Below the pieces are notes generated by a model, which saw only the letters and a list, made by a program, of their open reading frames with translations, did not search any database and was not told where the DNA came from. Of a DNA stretch of 64,000 nt, positions 1 through 12,300 are shown piece by piece. The position numbers and the translations under genes were made by a program. This DNA comes from Lingula anatina (Eukaryota > Animalia > Brachiopoda): positions 28,234,503-28,298,502 of the forward strand of contig CM120640.1 in NCBI GenBank assembly GCA_051362555.1, given 5' to 3'. Each line of letters begins with the position of its first letter. Position 1 is the stretch's first letter.

Positions 1-157
1 TTATTTTTTTACTGACCTATAATGGTATGGTTCTTAAAATTATTAAAACACAAACACCAGTTAACGGGATTTGTCAAAAAATTAATTTCTTTCTTTTTTT
101 TTGGCATTTTTATACGTTTTGAAAAGCATTTTGCGATTATTGTTTTTATGTTTCTAG

Positions 158-431
158 GTACCTTGTCACCGAAGGGCAGATATTTCCATTATTTTTGATT
201 TACTACGGGTTAAGCATTGCACTCATCCTGTACGAAAGAGCGAAGGGAGAATGCTTTCTTGACGTCAACGGGAGGTTTTTGATGTACACATTCACTGTCA
301 CTTTGTTACTTGTTGCATTGTGGATTGGCTGGTTATGGTCAGACAGAGTGATGAGACAGAAATATCCAGGATTTTTTTATGTGCCTGAACCATGGGCATA
401 TTATACTGCCAATTTTAAAGTTCTACATTAA
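158..431 (+). CDS. CLN6: Ceroid-lipofuscinosis neuronal protein 6 homolog, last coding exon (upstream exons lie outside the window)
   Basis: Acceptor tttctag at 151-157, then YLVTEGQIFPLFLIYYGLSIAL...FLDVNGRFL...TLLLVALWIGWLWSDRVMRQKYPGFFYVPEPWAYYT, stop TAA at 429-431. This matches the recalled CLN6 C-terminus (YLVTEGQIF...LDSNG...LLLVALWVAWLWND..LRKKYPG.IYVPEPWAFYT). AATAAA at 511-516. Confidence 0.93.
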
Positions 432-3400
432 AATATTTATTACGCTAATTTGAGTTCCATGCTCCTTTTGGATTTAAATATCCAACTCGTGTTTGCCTCA
501 TGTAACAGAAAATAAAGATTGTCTCGTCAAAGTCTTGAAATAATTTTACTTATTTGTATCAGCTTCTTTTGAGAGAAACAGCCATGTTATAAATATCTTT
601 CAAAGCCAGTCGGAAATATCTAATAAACGTTTGCTCAATAACACAATTCACGATTGTCTTTAACTCCTGTTTCTTCCAATAGGTGGCAGAGTAAACTTTT
701 ATGAAGGTCATTTATCAAATCTTGTCATTTCTTTAAATCATGACTTTTCTCTAAGAGTTTCTTAAGAATCGGTGAAAAGCTTTCTCTAATTATTGCAATT
801 ACTTCATCAACAAAGTTGATTGTAGATAAGATTTAATAAACGTTAATATTCCACTATGACACCTTTTAAAATCTTTCAATTATTTAGATCAATTTTATAG
901 AAAAATTATTGAAAGTCAAATCTATATTTAGGAAAAAAAAAAAAACATATGCCAGGGATCTATTGTTAAACTTATGTAATCAAAACGAAATGGAATAGAT
1001 TCTATATGCATCAAAACGTGAATCACCTAAATTCCCAGCAGGACGATCTTTATTACAATAGAACAGAGAGGCTGGCACAGAATGGAAAATGTCAAGTCAC
1101 CATTAGGAAACTGTACGGAACTGACAACAAATGTCAGATCAAGGGTTTTTATCGATTTCTTTCAGAATAGGATTTTAATGCAACATGGATTTGTCATTAA
1201 TGATAATATTGCAATGGCTGAATCTGTCAATGTTGGAGAAGAATAGGCCTTCTGAAGACAGATGAAGTGGTTTTGAAGACATCTTTGTGCTTGAGAAGTT
1301 ATCAATGATGTATTTGTGGGGAATTATTCCGTCCTTTTCTTTCATGTTATTTGATTTGGATGTGTGGACAAAAATAGTTTCAAAAAGATTGGCACACTCA
1401 TCTTTTTTTCTAATTATACACTTGGCAAATCAAATCAAGTTAAAAACATTAACCAGGATAAAATTAAGCACAATATAAATGTGCAGAAAATGATAACGTT
1501 AAATTGCCATACAGGTGAAAAAAAAAAGGGAAAATTCAGTTTTTAATTGTGAAAAAAAAAGAAGAAAAAGAAAGAAAAAACTTTTAATTCTGGCACAGGT
1601 TGACAATACAAACGGCTCTGCTGTGCTGGTGTGCAACTAATTCAGGAGATATTTGCATATCTTACATCTCTCTGACACAAATCCAATTCATTTCTACACT
1701 TCAGACTGTTATCACCCCACTATTAATATAGACACATATGACTTGATATACATTATATTTATTGCTGAAGGAGTAAAAAGTTGTGTTCTATATTTCTCCA
1801 TGAATATGAAATATACAAACAGTGAATTCAAGATTAATATTACAAGATTTAATAAATTCTTGGCATATGTACATTACAGAACTATACAATATTTAGAATA
1901 AATTTTAACAATATCAATGCACAGTGACACAGGATATTTTGGCAGATTGAACAGTTTTACTAGTAGAAATTCAGTAACTCTTTCTGTGATATAGTAACAT
2001 TAACTTAAATGTAATATCTGCAACAAATATGTTATAATGTACAATTTACCATGCCTTTTTTTCATTACTCTAGTATGGTAAAAAATATTAATCCCTATTC
2101 TTTCTATCTTAATATATGTACAGTGACTTTAAATGTACAAATATGCACTAGCTTTAAACATACATGAAATTATATATCCATGATCTTTTCACATTTTGTT
2201 AAAGATACAAACATTACCCACAACTTTTAAAACATCTGTACATGACATACCAATGATGTGTGTGTATAAGTGTATAAACATTACATTTTTCCTGAAGAAC
2301 ATTACAAATGTGATCTAGGTAGATTGACTAGATTAAGCATTTTATGCCATGATGTGAAAGTCATTGGATTTTTACAGGCACTCAAGTCGGAATAAATTCT
2401 ACAAAATGCAGCTTCTGGCAATTACTATACATCACAATAAATCTCAATAGGAATACTAACTATTACAATAGTCTCCAACATGTCCATTATTATATTCGAA
2501 GAGGCCACAGACAAAATTAGACTGCCATTTTTTCTCTTTTTTTTCACCTGACAGTCTTCATCAGCCTAACTTAATCTTGTGCTTACTAACATGCAAATTA
2601 GTGAGCTGATGTTATTTAGAAATATAACTTACTTTTCCCCCATATAATTCTTTCTTTTTCTAAGAAAGTGTTAAAAAAAAAGAGAGAGATGTCAAAGTTT
2701 TGTTAATTTTTTTACAAAGAAGTTAAAAATATTTCATAACTGAAAACAAGGACGGTATACACACCAAACGGCAGACAGACTTGCCACAACCAAATATAAT
2801 TCATACAGTAAGTGCAGTTTCATGATTGTGGCCCATAAAGATTACATCAGATTGTGTGCCTGTGCACTAATATTAAACATACATCTTTTAAATAGTGATA
2901 AAACAAGTACAACAGAGTTACCTTCCCACATGTGTCTGTTATTGTCATATAATACAGCAAACAGAAAACTAGGTCATCAAAGAATGACAGACCTTCAATT
3001 GACCAACTAGTATAAACAGTAAATATTCATAACAATACCTGGCTAAGAGACAGGGCCTATCTGAAGGAAGGTTTGACATTTCATCACAACTTAAATACTC
3101 TACATCAAATGACTTTCCTTTTTTTTCATAACTTGGATGGCAGATTGCTAAGTGTCAAACAGAAATTTACAAACATCTTCACTACCTGCTGATTAAATAC
3201 CAGGTGTAGTATCCAAGACTTTTCAGATCATTTTAAAAACAGCCTTTTGACTGAAAAAAAAGAGGCTTTTGTAATATAAACAGAAATATCCCAAACATGA
3301 ACAATCCACATAATTCAATAAGTCTTTTGATCTTTTTATGTTACTTCCCCTTTGCCCTGTAGCTTCAGGTCTGCAATCCATGTTATTAAAAACAGTCTTG

Positions 3401-5224
3401 TAATGTCTTTATTTCATAGCCTTAAACAATGATGTGTATGCACATTTACAGAATTCAAACATCAATCATACCATTCATACAATAACAGTTAGGATCATGC
3501 AGCTTCTTTGGAATAAAGATAAAAAAACAGAGCACCAAGTCTGAAAGGGGAAAAATCTACAATAATAATAATAATAACATCAACAATAAAGAAATAAAGA
3601 TCTCTGCCTTTTTTTCTCTAATAAATGGGTGCTATGGGTGATTCATTTGAATTGTTCATTAGGGTGCCCTGCACTTACTAATGGCCTACTTAATAAAGAT
3701 ATAGCAATCTTCCCATGTTAATGAAATTCAAGTGTGTTTGAGTTCTCATGCTGACAGCAAGCTTATTATCTCTTATCATTGTCCTCTTGTTACTGATGAC
3801 AGATGGGCATGTCGCATCCAATGTAGGATATTTTGGTGGGAAAGTAAAAAGGGTTTCAACAATACTTCTACAAATTCCAACACTTTCTTTAAAACACTGA
3901 CTTATTATTAGAAACAGATGTCTATTACATGTTCCAGGAAGAGGATAGTTGAAAAGCTGACTTAAACACTAAGCGGAAAATAAAATGTGTCAAGCAGGAT
4001 ATATCTCTCAAGAATTAAATCAACTCAACCTATGAAGTCTTATAACTAGAACCAAGTAAATGATGCCCTGTCCCAATTCTGGATAATGTGGAGTAAGTAG
4101 AAAAAAGACAAGTGTTGTAGGAGAAGCATGAACATGAGAATAATCAACTTCAAAGCCAGCTCTCTTTTATCACAGCTTGGTCCCAAAGGATTGCCCATCA
4201 TAAAATAATTAGAATTTCTGGGAAAAGACAATCAGTGTCACATACAGGTCTTCCTCCTAGAACAGGTATGTAATACTTTCTCCAGTCTCATGATTAATTG
4301 CACTGTTTGCAGGATATAATTGGAACAAAATTAAAAGATACATTTTCTGAGATCAATTTGTCAAACATATCAGAGGATGAGAAAAGAAGGTGGGGGCTAT
4401 TTTCTTAGTGAATAAACCGCAGTCTATTACAGCTCTATTTTCAGAACAAAACCCACACAATCCAAACCATCCATCTGTCTTAGCCAATCTCACAATTCAT
4501 CAACCACTTGTTGACTAGAGAAACACAAAAATCAATTTTCAATTTTTCTCTTTCCTGCATATAATGCAAACATAAGACGACCCAACACAAAGTCGTGTGT
4601 TTGCACAGGATGGATAGAAACTCCACTCAGGCAAACTCTATCCTTCCTACTAGTTCAATCAAATACCATTATATATCCTGTCTAATCAGGGCATGAGATC
4701 AGGATGATTGAGAAATAGCCACAATCCAGTGAACCGTCCAGTAAATGTAAAGACGTAAACCCTTGCCTCTGCACCAGTGCCAAGATCAACTCTTAATATG
4801 CATGTACCAAATCAATAACTTGAAACAGGACGAGATAATCAGTGTAATTCACAGACCAATGTAGTCCGCCATACCAAGGCTCCTTGCTTTTGATTGCTCT
4901 ATAAAAGGGATTAGGTTTCAATAGTTGCATTTAGTTATTCTCCAGTGTCAGAGACTAAACACAATCTAATCCCTTGCAGCATGCTTTGTTAACCTTCCTC
5001 CTGATTAGTCTAAGAACTAAGAAGGGATTATAGTTTTCTGATTTTCGCTGGGACAAATCAAAGGGATTGTATCAATATCTTTATGACAGGTTATTCATAA
5101 GCAGTCAGAACCCCAACTGACAAATCAACCACCTGCACATATCAATGTCATGGTCAAGTCACATCTGCTTAGCTGCATTCAGACAAGGACTATTTTAGAC
5201 TAATAAACAGTCTTACCTGAATGC

Positions 5225-5225
<1 letters not shown>

Positions 5226-5266
<41 letters not shown>
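5226..5266. repeat. (AAT)n microsatellite
   Basis: Perfect AAT tandem run seen directly. Confidence 0.95.
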
Positions 5267-5268
<2 letters not shown>

Positions 5269-8004
5269 ATTTGCTTATGATGCAATAGGAACTTTGGTTT
5301 GGTGCTGTGATGATTCACTTGATCCCCAAACCCCATCTAAAACAGTCCTGGTCTAAATGCAGCCCAAGTTATTAATTTGTTGGTCTGATTTTACCTGATC
5401 TCTCTCGCCTGTCAAATCAGTGTCAGTGTGCTGTTTTTTATGGGCCCACTCTTGCTGTTTGTCCATTTTCCTTTATTGAATATGAATAATGAGTGACAAG
5501 GTGGTACATGGCAAACTAAGTAATTACCAAGGCTGAACTTGTCAAAAAACTGACTATACACGTATCATTCAATGCCAGGGCCATTTTGATCAGTCACAGT
5601 AACTAGGCAAATGAATGCCTTTTTTTTTTTGGTCTTCCAAATCACAAAGAGAATTATCCTTTATTTCTCATAATAATAACAACCTGTCACTGTGAGTACA
5701 TGAGATGGCAACTGATATGCAAGAGACAAAAATAACTGTTTCAAAACACAGATCCCACGCCCATTAAATGACAGCGGAACAGGGATTTCACTGACAAACA
5801 AAACAGAAAATAAGTCATTATTTTTTCTATAAAAAAAGGTTTCTTGAACTATACTGTTTGGCAGTCAGGAAAAAACATAGCACTTTTCTATATGTTAAAA
5901 TCTGATAAAGGAAAAAAAACGGCTCTCTATTAGCATTCTCCAGACATGCCAGATTGGTCAGCTTATGGTTATAATATAAAAGGTGACTCATGTCATCAAG
6001 TTACTTTTATAAGAGGAGGACTGAAGTTTGGAGCAGACAGAAAACCTGGTTTGCTATCCTCTCTGCCATCAGAATTTTTTTCCAAATTGGCCCCTTAACC
6101 TGTATAAGATTCGGCATAAAAGTAGCACCTGCTGTGGCAGTCTGGGTCAAGCTATGAGGCTCTTCTCAATACAGCTTTTGTCCTGCCATTCACCTGCACA
6201 CAAGCTGTCATGTGGCACAAACATACAGCTACTTTTTCTCAAAGCTACAGCTTCAAGACCACTTCACAACTCAAATCAACCCAAAAGCACTAAGGCAAAA
6301 ATGCTTAATAGCAACATTTGGAGTCTTTGCACAAGGTACTTTTTACAGAATAACAGGTATACATTAAAGCCTAGGCTATTTTAGTTCAATAACCAGTATA
6401 CAATCATCTCCTATACCAGGAAACCACTGAAAAGGCTATTTCCAAGAATATGTCAATTTAATATGAAGGTGTGGGTTTCCATCATCACAGAAATAACAAG
6501 GAGAGATGTGTCATTTTCTGAAACATCCTTCATAAAAAAACAAGACAGATTTATGGGTTCGGGAAATATGCTAGAGAAAGACTACTTTTTAATCATTAGC
6601 CTATGGCACTGATGAGAGGGAATGAAATGCAAAGAGCTGATGAGAATTCAATAAACAAGATCTATTGTATGAATTGGATACATCTACTTGCTTTAAATTG
6701 GATCATAATTGAATATTTGGCTCACAGCATAAGCTGACATAGAACTACACAGGGATGAAAACATGGCTGACCAGTCTCTTTCATCTGCTACAGCTGTGTA
6801 TACAATCTACATTGCACTTAACTAGGCTGGGAAATCAGGTTCACAATAACACCTATAGTTTCCCCCCCAATTTTTTTTTAAAAAGTAAGCAAATGTGAGA
6901 CATAAACCTGTAGAATTCTTCTGTTACATTTGTTTTCTCTTTTTTTTTTTAAATCTGCATTTCTAAAATTTCATTGGCACATTTTTGACAAAAAAATATC
7001 CTGACTGTTGAGAACCTGCAGATTGCTGCATTCTCAGTATAATTTAATCAGGGAAGTGGAAAGAAAAACACAATTTGGCTTGCTACCCAGAGCTGTTTCA
7101 CATTTGCCAAAATACAGTAAACCTCTCAAGTTCTGAGGCTACTTTGTTTTTTTTCTATGTGTCAGTTGTAGAAAGTGGCAGATTCCTGTAGTTTTTTAAT
7201 GTATTTCTCAAAGCCATACCCACAAGAGATGGCATATGGATGGCCCATTCCCAGATATGCAGCATAAATGTGTGCTCAAGTTTTAAAAATAAAGGTGGGG
7301 GAAAACAGCTGGACCTTACAGTGCTTTGATCCCTGGCAAGAAGAAAAATACCAAAGTGTACATCTGGTGGTTGCAATAATATATAACCTCCAACCAGATG
7401 CTCTTGAAAACTAGCTGCCTGTGAGGAATAAAAAAAGGGGACTTCTAAAACCTTTTATTTTTTCCCTCAGGGCACACTAGAGAAAATGTTACCCGCTACT
7501 CCCTGGGGGTCTCCGAACATTGAAATATTATTCATTTTTAAGGCAGCACTCTCCACAAGCTACATATTTAACATGTCCGACTATTAACACACATGCCATT
7601 TACCCATCACTTACACTTGTTTCCCAGCAATCTAGATGTATTTTCCAACGTGATATAAGTACTGTGGCCATAGAAGCTAGCACAAATACACAGCACTTGA
7701 ACACATTAGCTGTATGCAGATGAAGACTAGACACATAAGATTTACCACATGCCAGGAACTAAATTTGATTATGCTTTATAAAGAGAACATATATGGTTAA
7801 TATTATTATAAGAAAACTACATAGAAATATTTAAAGATATGCTTAACATCAATTATCTTTACCACGGATGAGGCATACAAAAATATAGATATAATTATTT
7901 AACGGATTCTTATACATCTTTGTAACCAACTTTATATATTTTGTGTGTCCAAAGTCGTTGCAGCAGCCAAGATATATTGGTTACACTGGATGTTTCTGAG
8001 TGGT

Positions 8005-9312
8005 TTATGATATCTGGCTGTACAGAGTATCACTGACCTTGAATATGTCAGCAGTGTTTGCTGCAAACTTGGACAACTCATCATCTAATGTGATGTCTTG
8101 AATGGTAATACCTGTGGGTGGTAGGTTGATCTGTATTTCCCCCTCCTCACCCAGATCCTGCCGTAGGATGATATTACTGGAGATTTTATTTTGTACCTGG
8201 TGGTAGCAGCCGTAGCCATTTTCCAGAACCTCCCCTTTGGCATCAGGGTGGAAATCTGGTGCAGATCCAAAGCCCAGCATATCTGGCTCAGTCAAAGTGG
8301 TAATTTCAATGGTGTTAAACCCATCAGACTGTACAAAAGCCTGTATTGGTGTATCATCCACAGAGATTAAACATTCCTCTTGGGTCACATGGGGCTGCTC
8401 CATTGGTCCCCCCCTCTCTGCTGTAACATACCCTGAGTTAGGGGTGTGGAGTCCATTAGCACGATTAAACACAAACCCCTGTGCTGGGAAAGGCTCTGGG
8501 GCCAGATTGCCCCCAATTAAAGGGTCTCTTACCCTAGGAACTTGAAATGCCGCCGTGCCAGTGTTAAAGTCTTGTGGATTTACACCTGGAGGTTTATTAA
8601 ACAGAAAGTTCCGCACTTTGTCTCTTGTATTATGTGGGGCTTGATTGCCTAAATTAAAATTTGCCCTGAAATTTTCCACCTGCCAATCCCACACAAAACT
8701 TGGCACAGCATATCCCGGGCTATGCCGTATGAAATTCGGATCATAGGCCACCCTAGAAAAGTCTGGCATCCCCCCAGCAAGGTATGCATTGTTATTGTTA
8801 TTATACTGACCACTCCATGTTGGTGAAGTGGCAGTAGAGTTAGGAGTCTGTGGATAGGCTGGTGACTGTGGTTGCTGCATATGCTGCTGCTGCTGCTGCT
8901 GCTGTTGCTGCTGCGGAAGTGAAGGGGGTTCCACTCTGTAGATAGGCGAGGGGGGCACAGGATAGTCCACCTGACGTGGAGTCCCTGGACTCTCTATATT
9001 CTGAGAGTCATCAGAGCTGGACTGTCTAGCTAAATATTCTGAACTGGACTGAGGAGACATGTACTCATGCTGGCCATATTCTGATTGTTCCCTGGCATTG
9101 CTACCTGATTTAGCACGTAAAAAGTCTGAGCCAGGACTTGGTTTACAGCGCAGGTACAAGCACTTTCTGTAAATGCAGGATTGTTTTAGAACTGCTTTGT
9201 TTAGGCAGTGTTTGCACTGTCCACAGTCGTTCTTGATTTGACAAGGTCCACACTGTCCACAGCGGGTACGTCGTTTCTTCACGTGCTCTCCAGGCTTGTC
9301 TGGGGAACTCAT
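8005..9312 (-). CDS. Stand-alone CXXC-type zinc-finger protein (~435 aa) with Q/P/S-rich low-complexity middle and acidic C-terminal region
   Basis: Long ORF with KKRRTRCGQCGPCQIKNDCGQCKHCLNKAVLKQSCIYRKCLYLR, an 8-Cys zf-CXXC pattern (CxxCxxC-x4-CxxCxxC...C-x-x-R-x-C). A polypyrimidine/CAG acceptor at 9364-9376 implies the exon starts at 9363. The first in-frame ATG is 9312 (MSSPDKPG), though a short coding extension from an upstream exon cannot be excluded. Confidence 0.85.
   Translation of the reverse strand: MSSPDKPGEHVKKRRTRCGQCGPCQIKNDCGQCKHCLNKAVLKQSCIYRKCLYLRCKPSPGSDFLRAKSGSNAREQSEYGQHEYMSPQSSSEYLARQSSSDDSQNIESPGTPRQVDYPVPPSPIYRVEPPSLPQQQQQQQQQQHMQQPQSPAYPQTPNSTATSPTWSGQYNNNNNAYLAGGMPDFSRVAYDPNFIRHSPGYAVPSFVWDWQVENFRANFNLGNQAPHNTRDKVRNFLFNKPPGVNPQDFNTGTAAFQVPRVRDPLIGGNLAPEPFPAQGFVFNRANGLHTPNSGYVTAERGGPMEQPHVTQEECLISVDDTPIQAFVQSDGFNTIEITTLTEPDMLGFGSAPDFHPDAKGEVLENGYGCYHQVQNKISSNIILRQDLGEEGEIQINLPPTGITIQDITLDDELSKFAANTADIFKVSDTLYSQIS
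8884..8913 (-). repeat. CAG/CAA tract encoding 10 Gln within the CXXC gene
   Basis: (ctg)n with one ttg on the + strand, translating to Q10 on the - strand. Confidence 0.9.
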
Positions 9313-12300
9313 TCTTGCAGTGGGTATTGGGGGTATGGTCTTGTCAACAAGGTTCACATCACACTGAAGAAGAAAATTACAATGCATCGTATAACTTCAT
9401 GTAAGCTATCCCAGACAGGTATGGGACAAAAAAAATAATAATAAAAATTAATCAAACAAGATTCATTATCTACCAAAAATTTACCATGAAACAACAACAT
9501 ACTTCTTTGTCTAAAAGAAACCATTAAAATATAAGTAGCTCTTTGTGATATACTTAAAAAAACAATATGAAACCCCTGTAAACAAAATACTAAAAATATA
9601 ATATCAGGAAACTAATCCAACCTAAAATTAGAAGCATTACAAGAATAATATAGACCATCTGTAATTGGAAATAATTCCTAACACATAGTCTTTAATGGCA
9701 ACAACAACATGGCAAAAATCTAATCAAATACCTGAAAGATGTTTGACAAGAGTCTCCTTCATCCAAAGACAATATGCTCAGTATCTATATCAATCATTTT
9801 CCTGCCAGATCACTTATGAAAATTGTACCATTATTAACAGAGATAGCAATCAATACAAATATATGATTATAATGTATTACTGGCAAATTCAAAGCACAAA
9901 ACATTCATAATGAAAAAAACACAGACTAAAATTTTTATTTAACTACAAGAATGCCAAGATCCACTTTTGGCCATCCTTTCCCAAGAACTCGCATGTGTCC
10001 AAACAATGCAGAAACATACCATACATAATTTCACTGTCTGAACTATCAAAGCTACCATATTTTCCTTTTGAAGTTCCTGTAGCTACTTAACAAACCGCAG
10101 CTGTGTAAAAACACTTTCATGAAGAAAAAGAGAGAGGGAGAGAAAGAGAGAGAGAGAAAAAAAAAGTATACTACCTGAGATATATGCATGATACAATCTA
10201 AACCCAGAACTGTGGCCCCACACTGAAAATCCGACAAGTCACTTTATCTGAATGGAGCATGTGTTCACCTACAGAAGGCGGCAGTACACTGCATGCCCTG
10301 AACAGAAGCCAGCTCCAGTTATAGAGGTTCTCACATGGGACCATGTGTATACATAGAGGATACATTATGCCACATGGCTCACTGCTTAGATGCACTCTAG
10401 GTTAAGAAAGGCAGTACAGCCACTATTGAAAGCTAGCCGAACACTTGTCTCAATATCTGAATGGTATAAATTTGCCTTGAACAACAGATGGTTTTTGTGA
10501 TTCAGCGCAATTATGCATAATTATTTCTGATATGGAAATTTAGTGTAATCATTTGTATTAAGCAATTACAGTCAGAAGGTTGCATCACTGCTATGGGCTA
10601 TGCTATAAATCAGCAAACCTAACCTTGGGCTACTAAAACTACAATGTAATGGAAGGACTAAAAAATCAAGACAATCTATAATCCATTCTTCCATTGTGGG
10701 TCAATAATGCCATGTTCAAATTTTTTGCTAAAAATGTTTCATTAAACAATATTCCAGCAGCATGATAGGAAATCTAGTTCATCTGAAATAAGCATATCAT
10801 ATTTAAAAAAAAAATGTTTGTTATCATCTACAAATATAATATTGATTTAGTGCCAGGAATTGCACTTTATTTTCCCTATCTTTTTCTTTATTTTCCAAAA
10901 GAAATATAGTCACTGTTTTTGAATCAAAAGGCTAAACAACAATATAACCCATAACAACAGAAATGGGAACATTACTGTTAGAATAATCATGTAATACTAA
11001 ACTCACCAACATGATTATACACAAATCATCCCTAGTATTTCATTTTGTTTTATTTTCACCTTCCTACTCAGCTATATTTTACTTTCCCTGCAACAAATAA
11101 GATTTCCACAGAGGAAGATGAAATATTTTCATTTTGAATAGAATGTTTAAGAAGTATATCCGAATAACAAATCAATAAACAGCTGATTTGCTTTCAATTA
11201 ATAAAAAAGCTATCAAATTATTATGAGAGAGAAAGCAATTGTTGCCAACCAGGAAGAGCCCATTCACAAGCTGAAAAATGCAACTAGCATCACATGAAAG
11301 AATGCATAGCTCAGCAAAAATGTTTGGAGCAGGAAATTTACTTTAATATTACAGTAAAATAAAATGAGTTTCCTGAACAATTATTTGTACTTAGAATACA
11401 GGATGCAACAGGAAAGGAATGCTAAATTAAGTTTGGGCTCCAAAGAGAAGCTATTATATACATATATATGCAATTTGTTAAAAAAATTCATTTAACAAAC
11501 ATCTTAATTTGGTTTAAAAAAAACAAAAAAAAAAAAAAAAAAAAAAAACAAGGCAAACTAGATTACAAAGAAACAAAGTCTTTCTATATTCTGGGTTTTT
11601 TTTTGTGCTCAACTGTAACATTCAAAAACTGAAAAAAATACTGGTAAAAATATATACCAGTGACTGTATTATATACACACAGAGTATTGTCAATTCATTT
11701 TTATATTTATCATACCTAAAAAATGTAATAAACTGAAAATGTACTTGAACTGTGATTGAAACCATACCATATTTTCCCCTTCCTTCACCTCCTCTATGTT
11801 TCTGACATAATTTTGACATATTGACAAGCCATTCTATACTGAGTGCACCTGCTGTTGAATTTGTGTTGTATTACATCTCTCTTTTGTATGTTTCCACAGG
11901 TTAAGAAGCTCACTAGTAACATACTCTTAGGCTACTCCTTATGTACTCAAATTCCAGCTTATCTGACTAATTATATGTCCCTACATATCAGAAATGTCCA
12001 CCATTAATTTACTGCCCATAATCCATTCCATCAGGCTTGCTATCTTATAATTTAATACAGAATACTGGCAGTATGAGCATAGTGTATATGACATGAGAGG
12101 TGACATATGCCAGTGTCCTACAGATTTGGGACATTAAAGATGTGATGGATTAATAGTTAAATGACACTATTTATTTGACCTGACCTAGTAGTTTGCTTAC
12201 ATGTATATCAATATATATTAATGCTGGGCCTCTTAGGATATTATTTGATTAACCTTTAGCCAGACAATTTAGATTTTCATATAGGCAAGGAAAAAAAATA

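Noticed and set aside
8237-8545. Antisense/overlapping ORFs on the CXXC, FAN1 (32424-32920) and MPHOSPH9 (35471-36769) large exons
   Set aside because: Expected shadow ORFs opposite or overlapping real coding exons, with no independent evidence.
8884-8913. CAG tract next to FAN1, a known CAG-repeat instability modifier
   Set aside because: A short interrupted polyQ tract is common in regulators, and proximity has no mechanistic meaning.
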